This document shows, piece after piece, positions 37,947 through 48,432 of a DNA stretch of 64,000 nt. The stretch covers positions 2-64,001 of the forward strand of contig WFXF01000041.1 of NCBI GenBank assembly GCA_015490755.1, in the 5' to 3' direction. The position numbers and the translations under genes are program-made. The DNA comes from Gammaproteobacteria bacterium. GTDB taxonomy: Bacteria; Pseudomonadota; Gammaproteobacteria; JAADGQ01. The notes under the pieces are model-generated. The model had not been told where the DNA came from. It saw only the letters and a list, made by a program, of their open reading frames with translations, and did not search any database. Position 1 is the stretch's first letter, and every line of letters starts with the position of its first letter.

Positions 37947-39985
37947 TGTCCATTGATCTCGAACAGTTTCACCAAGCTTTTTTTGAAGAGAGCTTTGAAG
38001 GTTTGGATGAGATGGAGAATGAGCTGCTTGAGCTTGATATGGGGTCAGCAGATCGTGAAAGTATTAATACTATTTTCAGGGCCGCACACTCTATAAAAGG
38101 TGGCAGTGCTACATTTGGTTTTACTGATGTTGCGGAGTTTACTCATCGAATGGAAACCCTGCTTGATGAGATGCGTGATGGTCGCCGTGAAGCCACCAGT
38201 GAGGCAGTTAATTTGCTGTTGGGTTCGGTGGATTGCTTACGTGATCTGTTAGGAGCACAGCGAGATAACAGTGAAGCAGATAAAGAGAATGTGATTGGTT
38301 TGCAACAGCAGCTTGATGAGATGCTCAGCACAGGGTTGGACTCTGTTGCTCAAATTGAAGACTCAAATGCAAAGACTTCCAAAGAAAAGCAACATGAATC
38401 AAGCAACTGTGAAGAGGTTGAGTGGCTGATTCAGTTTCATCCGCATCCACACATGCTTCGAACTGGCAATGAACCGCTTCGTATGTTTAATGAATTAGCT
38501 CTGTTGGGCGAGCTGGAAGTCAGGGTTGATTCTTCAAAACTGCCTGCATTTTGTGATATTGCTTTTGATGAATGCTATTTATCCTGGGAGCTGGTGCTTA
38601 AAGGCAGTATCAAGCGAGAGCAAATTACTGAAATATTTGAATGGGTTGATGACGATTGTGATTTGAGCATTGAGTTAAAAGAGGCTAAAACTGAAGTTGT
38701 ACCAGAGCTTGTTGATGAAAAAGAAGAGGCGCTTCAATCGATTAAAAAGCCAAAAGAGAGAAGAACAACACCTGAGCGGAGAAAATCTTCATCACTAAGT
38801 GAAGCCAGTTCAATACGGGTTGGCATTGATAAGATTGATGAACTGGTTAACCTTGTGAGTGAATTGGTGATTACTCAATCAATGCTCAGTCAGACTAATG
38901 AGCATGACTCAGGGAATCAAGATAAGTTGCTGAATGGTCTTGCTCAGTTAGAGCGGAATACACGTGAGCTTCAAGAGAGTGTGATGCGTATTCGTATGCT
39001 GCCGATCAGTTTTGCATTTAATCGTTTTCCACGGATGGTTCATGATTTAACCCAAAAGCTGGATAAAAAAGTAGAGCTGAAAATGTCAGGTGAAAATACT
39101 GAGCTCGACAAAACAGTGATGGAAAAAATTGGTGATCCTTTAGTCCACCTTGTTCGTAACTCGCTAGATCATGGCATTGAAACACCTGAAGTCCGTTTGC
39201 AAAATGGTAAACCAGAGGTCGGGGTACTGCATCTTAATGCTTATCATCAGGGCGGCAATATTGTAATTGAAATCAGTGACGATGGTGCGGGCTTGAATTC
39301 TGAACGTATTGCAGCAAAAGCAATCGCACAGGGGTTGATCGATGAAAACGAAGTGCTGACAAAAGAAAAAATATATGAACTGATTTTTAGCGCAGGGTTT
39401 TCAACGGCAGAAACATTAAGTGATGTATCCGGTCGTGGTGTTGGCATGGATGTTGTCAAGCGTAATATAAAAGATCTGGGTGGTTCAATTGAAGTGACCT
39501 CTGAAGAGGGCGCTGGCTCAACATTTACCATACGCCTGCCATTAACATTGGCAATACTGGATGGTCAGTTGATTCGAGTTGGAGATGAGACTTACATCAT
39601 TCCATTGGTATCTATTGAAGAGACATTTCAAGTAAGTTATGAGCTCATTAATACCATTGCAAATGGCACAGAGCTGTATCGACTGCGGGATGAATACATA
39701 CCGATTGTTCGATTATATAACATTTTTAATGTGATCCCCGAACATACTGAATTGACGGAAGGGTTGTTGGTCGTTGTTGAAAGCGATGGGCGTAAAGTCG
39801 GACTATTTGTTGATGATTTATTGGGCCAGCAACAGGTTGTTATTAAAGGATTGGAAGCAAATTTTCGCCGTGTTGAAGGGGTTTCTGGAGCAACAATCCT
39901 TGGAGATGGAACCGTCTCACTGATTTTGGATATCGGTGGCTTGATTGAATTTGCACGAAACCGCCAAATCAATGCCGTTGCATAA
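37946..39985 (+). CDS. cheA: Chemotaxis histidine kinase CheA
   Basis: HPt (HSIKGGSATFG), a dimerisation domain, an HATPase (GRGVGMDVV) and a C-terminal CheW-like domain. Confidence 0.9.
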   Translation: MSIDLEQFHQAFFEESFEGLDEMENELLELDMGSADRESINTIFRAAHSIKGGSATFGFTDVAEFTHRMETLLDEMRDGRREATSEAVNLLLGSVDCLRDLLGAQRDNSEADKENVIGLQQQLDEMLSTGLDSVAQIEDSNAKTSKEKQHESSNCEEVEWLIQFHPHPHMLRTGNEPLRMFNELALLGELEVRVDSSKLPAFCDIAFDECYLSWELVLKGSIKREQITEIFEWVDDDCDLSIELKEAKTEVVPELVDEKEEALQSIKKPKERRTTPERRKSSSLSEASSIRVGIDKIDELVNLVSELVITQSMLSQTNEHDSGNQDKLLNGLAQLERNTRELQESVMRIRMLPISFAFNRFPRMVHDLTQKLDKKVELKMSGENTELDKTVMEKIGDPLVHLVRNSLDHGIETPEVRLQNGKPEVGVLHLNAYHQGGNIVIEISDDGAGLNSERIAAKAIAQGLIDENEVLTKEKIYELIFSAGFSTAETLSDVSGRGVGMDVVKRNIKDLGGSIEVTSEEGAGSTFTIRLPLTLAILDGQLIRVGDETYIIPLVSIEETFQVSYELINTIANGTELYRLRDEYIPIVRLYNIFNVIPEHTELTEGLLVVVESDGRKVGLFVDDLLGQQQVVIKGLEANFRRVEGVSGATILGDGTVSLILDIGGLIEFARNRQINAVA

Positions 39986-40014
39986 AAATTAGCAATGCAA
40001 CAAGGAGTGAATGA

Positions 40015-40536
40015 ATGAACGTAGTAACACAAGAGATGGAAGCAGAAGTCAGTCATATCATTAATAGTGCAGACTCGAACCAATACCTGACGTTCATCTT
40101 GGGTAAAGAGGAGTATGGCATTGATATTCTTCGTGTGCAGGAGATAAAGGGGTGGGATGCTATCACTACGATACCCAATACCCCTGAATATATTAAAGGG
40201 GTGATTAATCTGCGTGGAACGATCGTTCCGATTATCGATTTGCGTGAAAAACTGTTGCTGGGAAATAAGAGTTATGGTCCAACAACTGTTGTAATTGTAC
40301 TTAAAGTTGAGAGTGAAAAAGGGAATCGTATCGTAGGAATCGTTGTAGATGCTGTTTCTGATGTCTATAGCATTGGATTGAATGAGCTGAAGCCAGCACC
40401 TGATTTTGGTGGTGCGATCGGTACTGAATATGTACGTGGTTTAGCGACTGTTGAAGAAAAAATGGTCATATTACTGAATATTGATGAGCTTCTTAATGTC
40501 GGTGTGCTGAATGCCATTAATAGTGAGGTGGGCTGA
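40015..40536 (+). CDS. cheW: Coupling protein CheW
   Basis: 173 aa CheW fold. Confidence 0.85.
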   Translation: MNVVTQEMEAEVSHIINSADSNQYLTFILGKEEYGIDILRVQEIKGWDAITTIPNTPEYIKGVINLRGTIVPIIDLREKLLLGNKSYGPTTVVIVLKVESEKGNRIVGIVVDAVSDVYSIGLNELKPAPDFGGAIGTEYVRGLATVEEKMVILLNIDELLNVGVLNAINSEVG

Positions 40537-40539
40537 TTA

Positions 40540-41301
40540 ATGAAACTTATTGCTGTGATGAACCAAAAAGGTGGTGTTGGTAAAACAACAACTTCACTGA
40601 ATTTGGGGCATGCCTTAAGTTTAATGGGTCAGAGAGTTACGCTTTTGGATCTTGATCCCCAGGCTCATTTAACCGCAAGCTTCGGTTTGGAGTGTGGGCA
40701 ATATAGTGGAATGGATGAGCTCATTATGGGTGATATGCCACTGTCTGATGTGCGAATTAAGATGCGTGAAAATCTTTACCTGATTCCTGCCGGAAAACGG
40801 TTAGGCGAATTAGAGACGATGACAGAAGGTGGGGCTGCTCGGGGTGGCTTACTTCGTGATGCATTAAAAAGTTCATTTTCTGATGATGAAATCGTATTGA
40901 TTGATTGCCCTCCATCGGCCGGGCTATTGGGAATGAATGTGTTATTTGCGACAAAATCTCTATTGATTCCAGTTTCGAGTGACTATCTTGGACTGCATGC
41001 CCTTGGGCGTTTTATGGGCATTATTCAACATATTGAAAAAACGTTAAAACATAAGTTTCATCATTGGCTTTTAGTCACACGCTTTCATGCACGGCGGCGC
41101 TTGGCAAGAGAGGTGCGCGAAAAATTGTATACCTATTTTCCTGGGTATGTTTTAAGTACGGAAGTTCGTGAAACAGTGGCACTTGCCGAAAGCCCCGGTT
41201 TTGGAAAAACAATATTTGAATACAGAAACAAAAGTCATGGCGCGGAAGATTATCATGCTGTGGCTCATGAGTTATATCAAAAAATGAGTGCCCCGGTATA
41301 A
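40540..41301 (+). CDS. ParA/MinD-family ATPase associated with the che cluster
   Basis: Deviant Walker A motif KGGVGKTT. Confidence 0.8.
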   Translation: MKLIAVMNQKGGVGKTTTSLNLGHALSLMGQRVTLLDLDPQAHLTASFGLECGQYSGMDELIMGDMPLSDVRIKMRENLYLIPAGKRLGELETMTEGGAARGGLLRDALKSSFSDDEIVLIDCPPSAGLLGMNVLFATKSLLIPVSSDYLGLHALGRFMGIIQHIEKTLKHKFHHWLLVTRFHARRRLAREVREKLYTYFPGYVLSTEVRETVALAESPGFGKTIFEYRNKSHGAEDYHAVAHELYQKMSAPV

Positions 41302-43528
41302 GAAAATGGTCGATAAAAAACAGTCAACATTAGGTTTTGATCCTCTGGCCTGGATGAAAGAAGAGTCTACAGGTCATACGGATGAGAAAAAGGGTGCCCC
41401 TGAATTACGAGCAGATAAAAAAACTAAAAAGAAAAAAGGGTCAGATAAACAGGTTAGAAAAACTAAAAAGGTAAAAAAAGATGAAGCGGTGCAAAGAACT
41501 GATTCATTATTGAGTGATGGAAAAGCATTAAGCCCAACGGATAATCAAGGCAAGGAGAAGCGTAAAATGGTGAGCGTCAGTAAATCCAGTGAAGGAAAAA
41601 CGCAAGAAAAGGGAGCTAAGAGTGATGAGAAATCCATTTTAATGACGATGCTCAATAACTCTAAAATAGCTTTTATGCGGGTAGATAGTAATCGAGTCAT
41701 TACTTATGCAAATAAAGCATCAATAGAAATTTTGAATGAGTATGAAGAGATATTGCGTCAGCACTATCCTAATTTCAGAGCTGATTATATTGTAGGTTCA
41801 TGCATTGATGGTTTTCATAAGGATCCAGGTCGTGTTGCCCGTATTTTGGCTGATCCTAAAATGATGCCACATGAGGCGGATATCAAGATCGGTGATATTA
41901 TATTTCATCTATCCGTGGATGCTTTATACGATGACTCTGGTAATTTTGAAGGCAATTCATTGCAATGGGAGGATGTGACAGAAAAGCGTCAGTATGAAAA
42001 AATAATCCTCGACTATACCGGTAAAATTGAAGCAATAAGTAAATCTCAGGCCGTGATTGAATTTGATATGGACGGTATGATTTTAACGGCTAATGACAAA
42101 TTTTTGAATACAGTCGGTTATACACTGGATGAAATTAAAGGCAAACATCATCGTATATTTGTTTGTGAAGATTATAAAAATAGCCAGGAATATAAGCAGT
42201 TTTGGGAAAAATTGAATCGCGGCGATTATGATGTAGGTGATTATAAGCGCATCGGAAAAAATGGTGAAGAGATCTGGATCCAAGCCACATATAATCCAAT
42301 TCTTGATGAGAAAGGGAAACCTTACAAAATTGTTAAGTATGCAACTGACATTACCAAACAGATGGATGCTTTAGGTAAGATTGAAAACCTGGTAGCTGAT
42401 GCAGTGTCCGGGCGTTTGAACAATCGTATTGATACAGCTAATTATGATGGTTTTATAGAAAGGCTTTGTGGCGGCATTAATCAATTAATGGATACCGTGG
42501 TGGTGCCTGTCAATGAAGCGAACCGGGTGATGCAGGCTCTATCTTCGGGTGATCTTACACAGACGGTAAAAGGAGGTTTTGAAGGTGACTTTGACAAGCT
42601 AGGGACTGCAATTAATGGTTCTGTCGAAACCTTGCAAGGTATGGTCACGCAAATCCGGGAAGCTGCAGATACGATTAATACCGCTGCCTCAGAAATTTCA
42701 CACGGTAATATTGATTTGAGTCAACGCACAGAAGAGCAAGCCTCTTCATTGCAGCAGACAGCATCAAGCATGGAAGAGCTGACCAGTACCGTTAAACAGA
42801 ATGCGGGCAACGCCCGGCAGGCGAATCAGTTGGCCAGTAGTGCGCGTGATCAAGCAGAAAAAGGCGGTAACGTTGTGACCAAAGCCGTAGAAGCGATGTT
42901 TGAAATTAGTAATAGCAGTAAAAAAATTGCCGACATTATAGGTGTGATTGATGAAATTGCTTTTCAGACAAACTTGCTTGCCCTGAATGCTGCGGTTGAA
43001 GCTGCGCGAGCAGGAGAGCAAGGCCGTGGATTTGCTGTGGTCGCAACAGAGGTTCGTAACCTTGCCCAACGCAGTGCAGGAGCTGCTAAAGAGATAAAAT
43101 CACTTATCAAAGATAGTGTAGAAAAAGTTGAGGGTGGCACGCAGCTGGTGGATGAATCAGGAAAAACATTGGCGCAGATTGTAAAATCAGTACAACAGGT
43201 CAGTGATATTGTGGCTGAGATTGCCTCTGCGAGCCAAGAGCAATCTGCAGGTATCGAAGAAGTCAATAAAGCAATTACTCAAATGGATGAGGTTACACAG
43301 CAGAATGCAGCACTTGTGGAGGAAGCGGCGGCGGCCAGTGAATCAATGGATGAACAATCGCGTGAGTTAGTGAAAATTATGGACTTTTTTACTTTGTCAT
43401 CAGAAAGAAAACATGAAGTTCAAGCCCCTGTTCTTACACCAGACCTGCATCAAAAATCGGCCTCATCAAGTAAAAAAGTTGCAGCTACTGCTGTTAATGA
43501 TGACAGTGATGAGTGGGAAGAGTTTTAA
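41288..43528 (+). CDS. Soluble methyl-accepting chemotaxis protein with two PAS domains and a Lys-rich N-terminal region
   Basis: No TM segments; PAS/PAC regions; an MCP signalling domain ([28 protein letters not shown]). Confidence 0.85.
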   Translation: MPRYKKMVDKKQSTLGFDPLAWMKEESTGHTDEKKGAPELRADKKTKKKKGSDKQVRKTKKVKKDEAVQRTDSLLSDGKALSPTDNQGKEKRKMVSVSKSSEGKTQEKGAKSDEKSILMTMLNNSKIAFMRVDSNRVITYANKASIEILNEYEEILRQHYPNFRADYIVGSCIDGFHKDPGRVARILADPKMMPHEADIKIGDIIFHLSVDALYDDSGNFEGNSLQWEDVTEKRQYEKIILDYTGKIEAISKSQAVIEFDMDGMILTANDKFLNTVGYTLDEIKGKHHRIFVCEDYKNSQEYKQFWEKLNRGDYDVGDYKRIGKNGEEIWIQATYNPILDEKGKPYKIVKYATDITKQMDALGKIENLVADAVSGRLNNRIDTANYDGFIERLCGGINQLMDTVVVPVNEANRVMQALSSGDLTQTVKGGFEGDFDKLGTAINGSVETLQGMVTQIREAADTINTAASEISHGNIDLSQRTEEQASSLQQTASSMEELTSTVKQNAGNARQANQLASSARDQAEKGGNVVTKAVEAMFEISNSSKKIADIIGVIDEIAFQTNLLALNAAVEAARAGEQGRGFAVVATEVRNLAQRSAGAAKEIKSLIKDSVEKVEGGTQLVDESGKTLAQIVKSVQQVSDIVAEIASASQEQSAGIEEVNKAITQMDEVTQQNAALVEEAAAASESMDEQSRELVKIMDFFTLSSERKHEVQAPVLTPDLHQKSASSSKKVAATAVNDDSDEWEEF

Positions 43529-43558
43529 TAGATGGAACCAAATTACGGAATCAGATGA

Positions 43559-44398
43559 ATGAGTAAAGATAGAGAGTTTAGCTTTACCACACGGGATTTT
43601 AATGATATCCGTGAATTGGTAAGTCACAATACTGGCATCGTACTTTCAGATGCAAAACAGGATATGGTGTATAGCCGCCTGGCCAAACGACTGCGCAAGC
43701 TGGGGTTGAAAAGCTTCAAAGATTATTGCGCCCTGATTAAGTCTGACAATAATGAAGAGGTTGGCCACTTTGTGAATGCAGTGACCACTAATCTCACCTC
43801 ATTTTTTAGAGAAAATCACCATTTTGAGTATCTTAAGGAGACTCTTGTTCCTGAGTTTATTGCGAACCAAGCTGGACAAAAAAAGCAGTTGCGCGTCTGG
43901 TCGTCGGGTTGCTCAACAGGTGAAGAGCCCTATTCAATTTCAATGGCATTGAAAGAGGCGCTTGCATCGCATCCTGAGTGCGATGTGAAGCTATTGGCGA
44001 CTGATCTCGATACTAATGTACTGGATACGGCGTGCCATGGTATTTATAGCGAAGATCGTGTCAATGGTATTTCAAAAGAACGTTTGCAGCGTTGGTTTTT
44101 GAAAGGTAAAGACAGTAGTGTAAATAAAGTGAAAGTCTCTTCTGAACTTCAGGATATGATTACTTTCCGACAACTGAATTTGATGAATGAGTGGCCTATG
44201 CGAGGGCCTTTCGATATCATTTTTTGCAGAAATGTTGTGATTTATTTTGATAAACCGACTCAACGTCGCCTTTTTAATCGCTATGCTGATATATTGGTCC
44301 CTGGTGGGCATCTTTTTATCGGTCACTCAGAAACACTCTATAAAGTAACAGATCGTTTTGAGCTGATTGGTAATACGATTTATCGGAAAATTCGTTAA
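43559..44398 (+). CDS. cheR: Chemotaxis methyltransferase CheR
   Basis: SAM-binding region VWSSGCSTGEEPYS. Confidence 0.85.
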   Translation: MSKDREFSFTTRDFNDIRELVSHNTGIVLSDAKQDMVYSRLAKRLRKLGLKSFKDYCALIKSDNNEEVGHFVNAVTTNLTSFFRENHHFEYLKETLVPEFIANQAGQKKQLRVWSSGCSTGEEPYSISMALKEALASHPECDVKLLATDLDTNVLDTACHGIYSEDRVNGISKERLQRWFLKGKDSSVNKVKVSSELQDMITFRQLNLMNEWPMRGPFDIIFCRNVVIYFDKPTQRRLFNRYADILVPGGHLFIGHSETLYKVTDRFELIGNTIYRKIR

Positions 44399-45027
44399 TG
44401 CGACACCCTGATGGAGAATCCCCTCCTGAGTCACTGCCTGGATTTGAACACATAAAACAGTACTGGGACAAAGATCACGGTATATTTGCAGCAAAAATAT
44501 TGCCAGGCGAATATTATGTGACGGTTGAAAATGAAGTGATTGTTACGGTGCTCGGCTCTTGTATTTCGGCGTGTATTCGTGACCCTGTGTTTGGTGTAGG
44601 AGGCATGAATCATTTTATGTTGCCTGAAGGTGATCAGGATATGATTGCTCAAGGAGCAACCGCAGCGACACGCTATGGAAACCATGCGATGGAGCAATTA
44701 ATTAATGATATTTTAAAGCACGGTGGCAGCCGAAAAAACCTGGAAGTTAAAATTTTTGGTGGTGGTCAAGTGCTTGCCCAGATGACAGATGTAGGTGATA
44801 AAAATATTCAGTTTGTAAAAGAGTATATTGCAACAGAGAGGCTTAAACTGGTTGCTTCCGATGTTGGGAATATTTATCCAAGAAAGGTCTACTACTTTCC
44901 CTTGAGTGGCAAAGTACGTGTGAAAAAATTACGGTCTGCGCATAATAATACAGTGATTGAGCGAGAAGAAAATTATCGACAAAATATTACTTGCCAGCCT
45001 GTAACGAGTGAGGTTGAACTGTTTTAA
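44398..45027 (+). CDS. cheD: Chemoreceptor glutamine deamidase CheD
   Basis: 209 aa with a VLGSCIS motif. Confidence 0.8.
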   Translation: MRHPDGESPPESLPGFEHIKQYWDKDHGIFAAKILPGEYYVTVENEVIVTVLGSCISACIRDPVFGVGGMNHFMLPEGDQDMIAQGATAATRYGNHAMEQLINDILKHGGSRKNLEVKIFGGGQVLAQMTDVGDKNIQFVKEYIATERLKLVASDVGNIYPRKVYYFPLSGKVRVKKLRSAHNNTVIEREENYRQNITCQPVTSEVELF

Positions 45028-45049
45028 TAGAGTAGCAAGGGAATGCTTG

Positions 45050-46120
45050 ATGAAAAAAATTAAAGTATTGATTGTGGATGATTCAGCGCTGATTCGTAAT
45101 TTGTTGACTGAAATATTAAAAAGTGACCCGGCTATTGAAGTAGTGGGAACCGCAGAAGACCCTTACATAGCCCGGGATAAAATTAAAAAGTTGAATCCGG
45201 ATGTTTTAACGCTGGATATCGAGATGCCACGTATGGATGGTATTCAGTTTCTCGAAAATTTGATGCGTTTGCGACCCATGCCCGTGGTGATGGTTTCGAC
45301 ATTGACTTCAAGCGGAGCCGGTGTCACTTTTAAGGCATTAGAATTAGGTGCTGTTGATTTTGTAACCAAACCGACCGTTGATGTATCTAATCAGCTTTCA
45401 CTATATTCGGATGAATTAATTGAAAAAGTAAAAGCTGCGGCAGTTGCACGTATTCAGCCACAGCATGCGCCAGTTTCACAAAAGCTTTCACCTGACTCAG
45501 TGCAAAAGAATAGCGCCTCTGTTTCAAAACAGGCAGTTGACAGGATGATTGCTATTGGTGCTTCGACAGGTGGTACGGAAGCTATTAAAGAAGTATTGAT
45601 GCAGCTTCCTGCCGATACTCCGGCTATTGTAATTACACAGCACATTCCTGAAGCGTTCAGTGCACCTTTTGCCTATCGCATGAATAGAATGTCGGAGATG
45701 GAAGTTTGTGAAGCAAAAGATGGCCAGAAAATTTTACATGGCCATGTTTATATTGCTCCTGGGGATCGTCACCTACTTGTTGTGCCTGATGGTGATGGGT
45801 ATATTTGCCAATTAAGTGATGGAGTGCGTGTCAATCGTCATCGTCCCGCTGTTGATGTCATGTTTCGATCTGTTGCGCAAAACGTCAATGCTCATACAGT
45901 CGGGGTGATTCTTACGGGAATGGGCGCGGATGGTGCGGAGGGCTTGAAGGAGCTGCATGATACGGGAGCATTTACAGTGGCGCAGGATGAGGAGACGAGC
46001 GTAGTTTGGGGAATGCCCGGAGCATCAGTTAAGCTCGGAGTGGTTGACAGAATATTACCACTAAGTAAAGTAGCGAATGAAGTTTTAAAGCATATTAATA
46101 GCCCTTGTTTGGCAGGTTAA
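45050..46120 (+). CDS. cheB: Protein-glutamate methylesterase CheB (REC plus methylesterase)
   Basis: REC (VLIVDDS), with a catalytic serine near GASTGG and an active-site histidine/aspartate. Confidence 0.9.
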   Translation: MKKIKVLIVDDSALIRNLLTEILKSDPAIEVVGTAEDPYIARDKIKKLNPDVLTLDIEMPRMDGIQFLENLMRLRPMPVVMVSTLTSSGAGVTFKALELGAVDFVTKPTVDVSNQLSLYSDELIEKVKAAAVARIQPQHAPVSQKLSPDSVQKNSASVSKQAVDRMIAIGASTGGTEAIKEVLMQLPADTPAIVITQHIPEAFSAPFAYRMNRMSEMEVCEAKDGQKILHGHVYIAPGDRHLLVVPDGDGYICQLSDGVRVNRHRPAVDVMFRSVAQNVNAHTVGVILTGMGADGAEGLKELHDTGAFTVAQDEETSVVWGMPGASVKLGVVDRILPLSKVANEVLKHINSPCLAG

Positions 46121-46279
46121 TTAATATTCAGGGACTCTTAAGAATATATTAATATAAACCGATAATAATCAGGCACAATTAAATTATGAAAAACGGCTTG
46201 AAAAAGTGTATGCTTTCCCGGCAGTTGGCTGCTGGTAAAGCCGAAATGGATAGGACTATCTGAGTTTGGGAGCAACGAT

Positions 46280-46603
46280 ATGTCAGTTAAAGCAAATGTA
46301 CGGAATGATGAAGAAACAATCGAGATTGAAGTCAGTGGAAGATTCGACTTTAATGTGCATCGTGAGTTTCGCGAGGCTTACGAAAATGTAGATCAAAAAA
46401 TAGAACATCCTAAATATATTATTAATCTGGGCGGTACCGATTATATGGATAGTTCTGCATTAGGTATGTTGTTGCTACTGCGTGAGTATGCAGGCGGCAA
46501 TGGAGCCAATATCGCAATTACCAAATGTCGTGAAGAGATTAAAGAGATCTTGAATATCTCTAATTTTCATCTGTTATTTAATGTGGAGTCCGTCACGCAT
46601 TAA
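46280..46603 (+). CDS. STAS-domain anti-sigma factor antagonist (CrsA/RsbV-like)
   Basis: 107 aa containing DSSALGML. Confidence 0.7.
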   Translation: MSVKANVRNDEETIEIEVSGRFDFNVHREFREAYENVDQKIEHPKYIINLGGTDYMDSSALGMLLLLREYAGGNGANIAITKCREEIKEILNISNFHLLFNVESVTH

Positions 46604-46611
46604 AGTTCTTT

Positions 46612-48336
46612 TTGGGCTTCCATAAAAAAATGATCTGCCAAGATGGCGCTTCACTAAAGTTGTTAATTGCTGATGATGATCGGGTCAATTGCAGGGTACT
46701 GAAAGGTATTTTACTGAAAGACGGCTATCAGGTTGTTGTGGCTGAAAATGGCTTCGATGCGGTTGCTCTTTTTGAAAAAGAGAAGCCTGATATGGTGTTG
46801 CTGGATGTTATGATGCCTGTTATGAATGGCTATGAGGCAGCACGGGAGATAAAGTCACGCTGCAGCGATCATTTTGTTCCTGTGATATTCCTGACAGCAT
46901 TGACTGACAAGCATGCGCTGAGTGCTTGTATTGAAGCGGGTGGTGATGATTTTCTGACCAAGCCTTATCATCGCACTATTTTGAAAGCAAAGATTGATGC
47001 CATGGAGCGTATTCGTCAGCTCTATGATAAGTTACAGCGGCAAAAATATACGTTAGAGTCTTATCACGCAGAAATGCAGCGTGAGATGGAGGTGGCAAGA
47101 CATATTTTTGGCAGTATCACTCAGGCAGGTGAAGCACTTCCCGATTGTGTTAAAAGCTGGAGTGCACCCGCTTCAGTACTCAATGGCGATCTATTAATCA
47201 GTGGGCGTAATCCATTAAATAATCTGTACCTGATGTTAGGGGATTTTACCGGTCATGGCTTGCCAGCCGCTGTTTGCGCAATGCCTGCAGCAGATGTTTT
47301 TTATACAATGACAACCAAGGGTTATCCTGTTAGTGATATTGTTTATGAGCTGAATAAAAAGTTAAATACAGTGCTGCCTACCGGCCTGTTTTGTGCGGGG
47401 TGTTTAATGGAAGTAGATCTGGATCAAGGTAAAATCAGCCTGTGGAATGGTGGGTTGCCAGAGGTTGTTGTGATTGGTTCAGATGGCCTTATTCATGATC
47501 TATTGCCTTCTAAGGCTGTTCCGTTAGGTGTTGTTGCTGATGCTGGGCGGCACCACGGTATGACCGATATTGATATTGAGCCCGGTATGCGGCTGTTTTT
47601 TTATACCGATGGCTTGATTGAGTCAGAAAACAGCCAGGGTGAAATGTATCGCAAGGTACGTTTGCATGAGTTGTTTGATGGGGAAACTGAGCAAACAGAA
47701 CTGTTTGATAAAATTCTTGATGATCTAAAACAGTTCAGAGGTGATGCCTGTCAATCAGATGATATTACACTGGTCGAGCTTGATTGTGATCAACTGATTT
47801 CATCAATGTCTGTTGATAATATGCCGGTTTATAGCTGTCTTGAAGCTCCTGATTGCTGGAGTGCTGAGCAGTTTATTTCGGGGGTATCTCTCAAGGCAGC
47901 AGATCCTATTCATGTGTTTATAAGAATGCTGGAGCAGCACAATATTCCCGAAATGCATCGTTCACGTATTTGTACCGTCTTGTCAGAGCTGATATCCAAC
48001 TCTATTGAACATGGCCTTCTCAAACTGGATTCAAATATTAAAAATACAGCGGATGGTTTTTCAACTTATTACAATATGAGGGAAAAAGCTCTTGAGGTAT
48101 TGGAGCGCGGCTGGATTCGGGTTAAGCTTTTTTGTCGGCCCACTTCTGATGGATGGTCACTTTCAATTCATGTAGAAGATAATGGCGAAGGTTTCGATGC
48201 AAAAAATTACTTGGCTAATGTGGTTGAGGTTGAGAGTTTGACTGGACGAGGTGTCGCATTAATAAAGTCATTTTGTAGCGAGTTCTCTTACAATAAAACT
48301 GGAAATATTGCCCGTGCAGTTTACTGTTGGAAATAA
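46612..48336 (+). CDS. Three-domain REC / PP2C phosphatase / anti-sigma-factor-kinase (HATPase) protein (CrsR/RsbU-RsbW-like)
   Basis: REC (LLIADDD...DVMMP), a PP2C/SpoIIE domain (GDFTGHG) and a C-terminal HATPase_c-like domain (ELISNSIEHG...EDNGEGF). Confidence 0.75.
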   Translation: MGFHKKMICQDGASLKLLIADDDRVNCRVLKGILLKDGYQVVVAENGFDAVALFEKEKPDMVLLDVMMPVMNGYEAAREIKSRCSDHFVPVIFLTALTDKHALSACIEAGGDDFLTKPYHRTILKAKIDAMERIRQLYDKLQRQKYTLESYHAEMQREMEVARHIFGSITQAGEALPDCVKSWSAPASVLNGDLLISGRNPLNNLYLMLGDFTGHGLPAAVCAMPAADVFYTMTTKGYPVSDIVYELNKKLNTVLPTGLFCAGCLMEVDLDQGKISLWNGGLPEVVVIGSDGLIHDLLPSKAVPLGVVADAGRHHGMTDIDIEPGMRLFFYTDGLIESENSQGEMYRKVRLHELFDGETEQTELFDKILDDLKQFRGDACQSDDITLVELDCDQLISSMSVDNMPVYSCLEAPDCWSAEQFISGVSLKAADPIHVFIRMLEQHNIPEMHRSRICTVLSELISNSIEHGLLKLDSNIKNTADGFSTYYNMREKALEVLERGWIRVKLFCRPTSDGWSLSIHVEDNGEGFDAKNYLANVVEVESLTGRGVALIKSFCSEFSYNKTGNIARAVYCWK

Positions 48337-48432
48337 AAAGGGGTCAGTACCTTTTCACATATGTAAGGTGGCAAATTTATGGTTGTAGATGGATTTTAAA
48401 GGGTACTGACCCCTTTTTATCAGGGTTAGCTC

